Below, piece after piece: positions 61,443 through 64,000 of a stretch of 64,000 nucleotides of DNA (its first letter is position 1; every line of letters begins with the position of its first letter). Source of the DNA: Haliotis rufescens (taxonomy: Eukaryota); NCBI RefSeq assembly GCF_023055435.1, contig NW_025963779.1:8618001-8682000 (forward strand), written 5' to 3'. The position numbers and the translations under genes are program-made. The notes under the pieces are model-generated. The model saw only the letters and a program-made list of their open reading frames with translations, made no database searches and was not told where the DNA came from.

Positions 61443-64000
61443 CTTCGTAATAAACATCGTATACAATAGTGTGGGATTGCAGCTCCCCTCCACTCGAGTC
61501 ATCCAGCATTTGAGACACACTCGACCACTTACACCCGAATGGTTCAGATTAACTAATTTCATTAAAGAATGATGTCATCATGTTTCACAATGAAAATCAG
61601 TTTCAAGCCCAAAGTATGTACACGTGATTAAAACTTAAGCACTTCAAAATGCATTCACACAAGAAAGTGTAAGAACTCATTTCCGTTCTGAATGCAATGA
61701 ACCTCTTGAAACTCATGGATTCAGAATAATAGATGTCTGCCAAAGACCAAAGTCTCCATCAAGTATTGAGGAATTAACGTTCACCATATAAACAAGGCAA
61801 TTGCAGTAGAAATTGTCCTTATTTTCCTTATCAGATAGCTAGGAAATCTTACCCCGGAATGCCCCGATGGTAAAGTATTTGAAAGTATTCCTGAAGCAAA
61901 TTTAATTTGTTCTCAGCGTTGAAAAAATGTGGAGAAAAGAAAATGTGTGAAACTAACATGCATGTGTTGTGTTATGCTGGATGTATTAAGGTGAAACTGT
62001 CTAAATGCAGATGAACTGTTTCCAGTTAGTTAGTTCATTCTTTGGTGCTTAGGTCTTTAGGCTGAGCGATATTCTGGAAGTATATAAAGACTGGGTGCGA
62101 CTCCCCAAAGGAAAGACATTGAGTTCCTGTTCATGGTTTGGACGAATAATTGGTAAAAAAGATATGACACACTTCTACACTGGTTACTCGCGTTGATCTT
62201 AGTACAGATACACAGACATATGGCTGTAATGAACCATGGTGTTAAACGACTGCACTCACTCTCACGTTTGTAAATAAATCTCGTGTGAAGTTTTAATCGG
62301 TGCGCATGCATAACGCCATGGTATATTTGTAACGTTGTTGATTGTAGCTTTAAATGCCATTCATTCACTCACTTATACATTCGTTCTTGATATTGTTGTA
62401 ATTTCGAGGACCAAAGCATAGATCTCATTTACTCGCCGTGATATTGATGTAAAGTTCTAAAAGGCATAAACCTCTTTCACTCACGCACTCACTCTCATTT
62501 GTAGACGCCCGCGCCCTCAGTGATACATCTATAATGTTGATATACACTCACACTTTGTAGATCAGGGTCAGATTTGGTGCTCAGCAACCAATGCTTGTTG
62601 TAAGCGGCTGCTAACGGGATCGGGCGGTCTTTCTCGCTGACTTGGTTGATGCATGTCATCTTTTCCGGATATGGGCTGGAATATTTCCGAGTGCGGTGTT
62701 AAAAAAACCCGAATTAACAGTTTGTCGAAACGTGCACCCAATGTGATGTTGCTATAATGTTGCTGACAAAGCCATAAACCGTCTTGCACAAATATTTATA
62801 AAACATTCATATACAAAAGAAACTCCACTGTATGTTCGCCATCTTCACGTGTATAGCCCTTACCCAGTTTATCTCAATCATTTTAGTCAACATTAGGGTT
62901 TACTGCCATTTTGACACTTAAATGGGCGGAATAGATCATGAAAAGAGAAAAATAACTCTAATTTAATCAAACTCATTTCCAGCGCATGTTGTTTCCAAAC
63001 CTATCTTGTGTAAAGAACATACTGTCGCGGTGAGGAGCTTGTAGTTTGATATCAAAAGGGTAATAAGTACTTTTCGGAAAATCGAAAGTCTACCAGAACA
63101 AATACAGTTTCCGTTTTGCTTGTCCCTTATTTTGTTCAACCAGTATGTTTATCACAACGTTGCCGCAATTTCTCGAAGATATAAAATGTGTTGCACAATT
63201 ATCGAACGGTTTATTTTGACAGTATACATGCATGTTTTGTTTACATTTTTCTCCTCATCTGTTTTTGATGCTGTAAATAGCTTATCTCACAGGAAACTAT
63301 TCTTGCAAGAATCGCATAGAGCCGTGAGGTATTAATAATTCAAAACTGTCCGACACCTTATAGCCAGGAACACCTTTTCAAAAACAATTTTGATTTGATC
63401 ATAAAATCTGGTGTCACATGAAAGATATCTTTATGGGATTTTACTTAACTGGAAAGATGCCTACAGATCATCTATGACGTTCTGCGCCCACGGGTACACT
63501 TAGTCTCATTCTAATTTAAATTGCTTCATGAAAGTGTTACGATACTTTGACGTTAACTCAAGCCAATCAAATCCGATAGGAAGCATCACATCCGGGTAAC
63601 ACCACCAATGTCAATGCACAGATCAGTCGCTACCGTGTAGCCTGGAGATGCTATCTATTTCTTTCATTGTTGCCATGATGCGTAGGTATTCCGGTGCAGA
63701 ATAGACCCCCAGTTCTGTTTGTTTGTTTTTAACGCCGCACTCAGCAATATTCCAGCTTTTTGAAGGCGGATTGTAAATAATGAAGTCTTGAACAGACACT
63801 ATAAGGATTGACATCAAGAGCATCCATCTTCGTAAATGGGATACCAAGTCAGCCAGTCAGCCAGTCAGACCACCCGTTCCCGTTAGCCGCCTCTTACGAC
63901 AAACATGGATTACTGAATAGACCCCAAGTATTCGATGCTTGTCATTGGAAACGACTAAATGAGGACTGTATGGTTGCTGTGGGTTGACTGACTGATAGGA
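61443..64000. repeat. Unit 8 (type D'', partial at window end)
   Basis: Matches units 6 and 7 (ORF-track homologues 43020, 55678, 63623). Confidence 0.85.

Larger units (their letters stand above)
1..64000. repeat. Tandem array (macrosatellite-like segmental duplication) of a ~7-10 kb composite unit, ~7.5 copies, running off both window ends
   Basis: The same blocks recur in the same order and orientation. Anchor spacings are 9243, 8759, 9836, 6960, 11089, 1619 and 7938 bp. Homologous short ORFs recur in the ORF track (6947/25636, 17185/34922, 47693/60075). Confidence 0.97.

Noticed and set aside
136-63847. The many 60-137 aa ORFs in the track as genes, including recurring ones such as MLKCTYHG.., MVSGTDTIRID.., MCVIVIKC.. 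and ..MSFPWGVEPGLYIFPEY
   Set aside because: They recur only because the DNA is duplicated. Sister units carry stops and non-triplet indels, and many lie in SINEs or microsatellites. Only the RT fragments have recognisable motifs.
1-64000. Assembly artefact, CRISPR array, or rDNA/histone/snRNA tandem cluster
   Set aside because: Copies differ by many substitutions, indels and private TSD-flanked insertions, so they are not a false duplication. There is no short repeat-spacer pattern and no rRNA, 5S, histone or U-snRNA sequence that I recognise.

Overview
AT-rich eukaryotic DNA with no intact protein-coding gene, rRNA, tRNA or CRISPR array that I can support. The SINE content looks molluscan, most like abalone (Haliotis); this comes from recall of those repeats, not a search. 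The whole window is a head-to-tail tandem array of a ~7-10 kb unit (about 7.5 copies). The anchor CTTCGTAATAAACATCGTA recurs at 5999, 15242, 24001, 33837, 40797, 51886, 53505 and 61443; the anchor TTAAGGAGGCA recurs at about 1881, 10560, 19495, 29169, 36674, 45309 and 57701. Each unit combines a CpG-rich, apparently non-coding core with a decayed LINE reverse-transcriptase/3' end, several SINE relics and microsatellites. The array is hierarchical (A-B-C-B'-C'-D-D'-D''), built by an ~18.7 kb duplication with a visible 3-bp microhomology junction at 25414 and by later D-type duplications. Private insertions can be identified against empty sites in sister units: a solo LTR, a Penelope-like RT fragment, a young tRNA-SINE with a 14-bp TSD, a truncated SINE tail with a 12-bp TSD and a 2.8 kb element with imperfect TIRs. 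The most interesting open question is whether the conserved core (near-invariant islands, splice-like sites, CRE/CCAAT/GC boxes, an inverted SINE pair in most units) is an amplified lncRNA or small-RNA (piRNA/endo-siRNA) locus. That is a hypothesis only. Coordinates of decayed elements are approximate (tens of bp).
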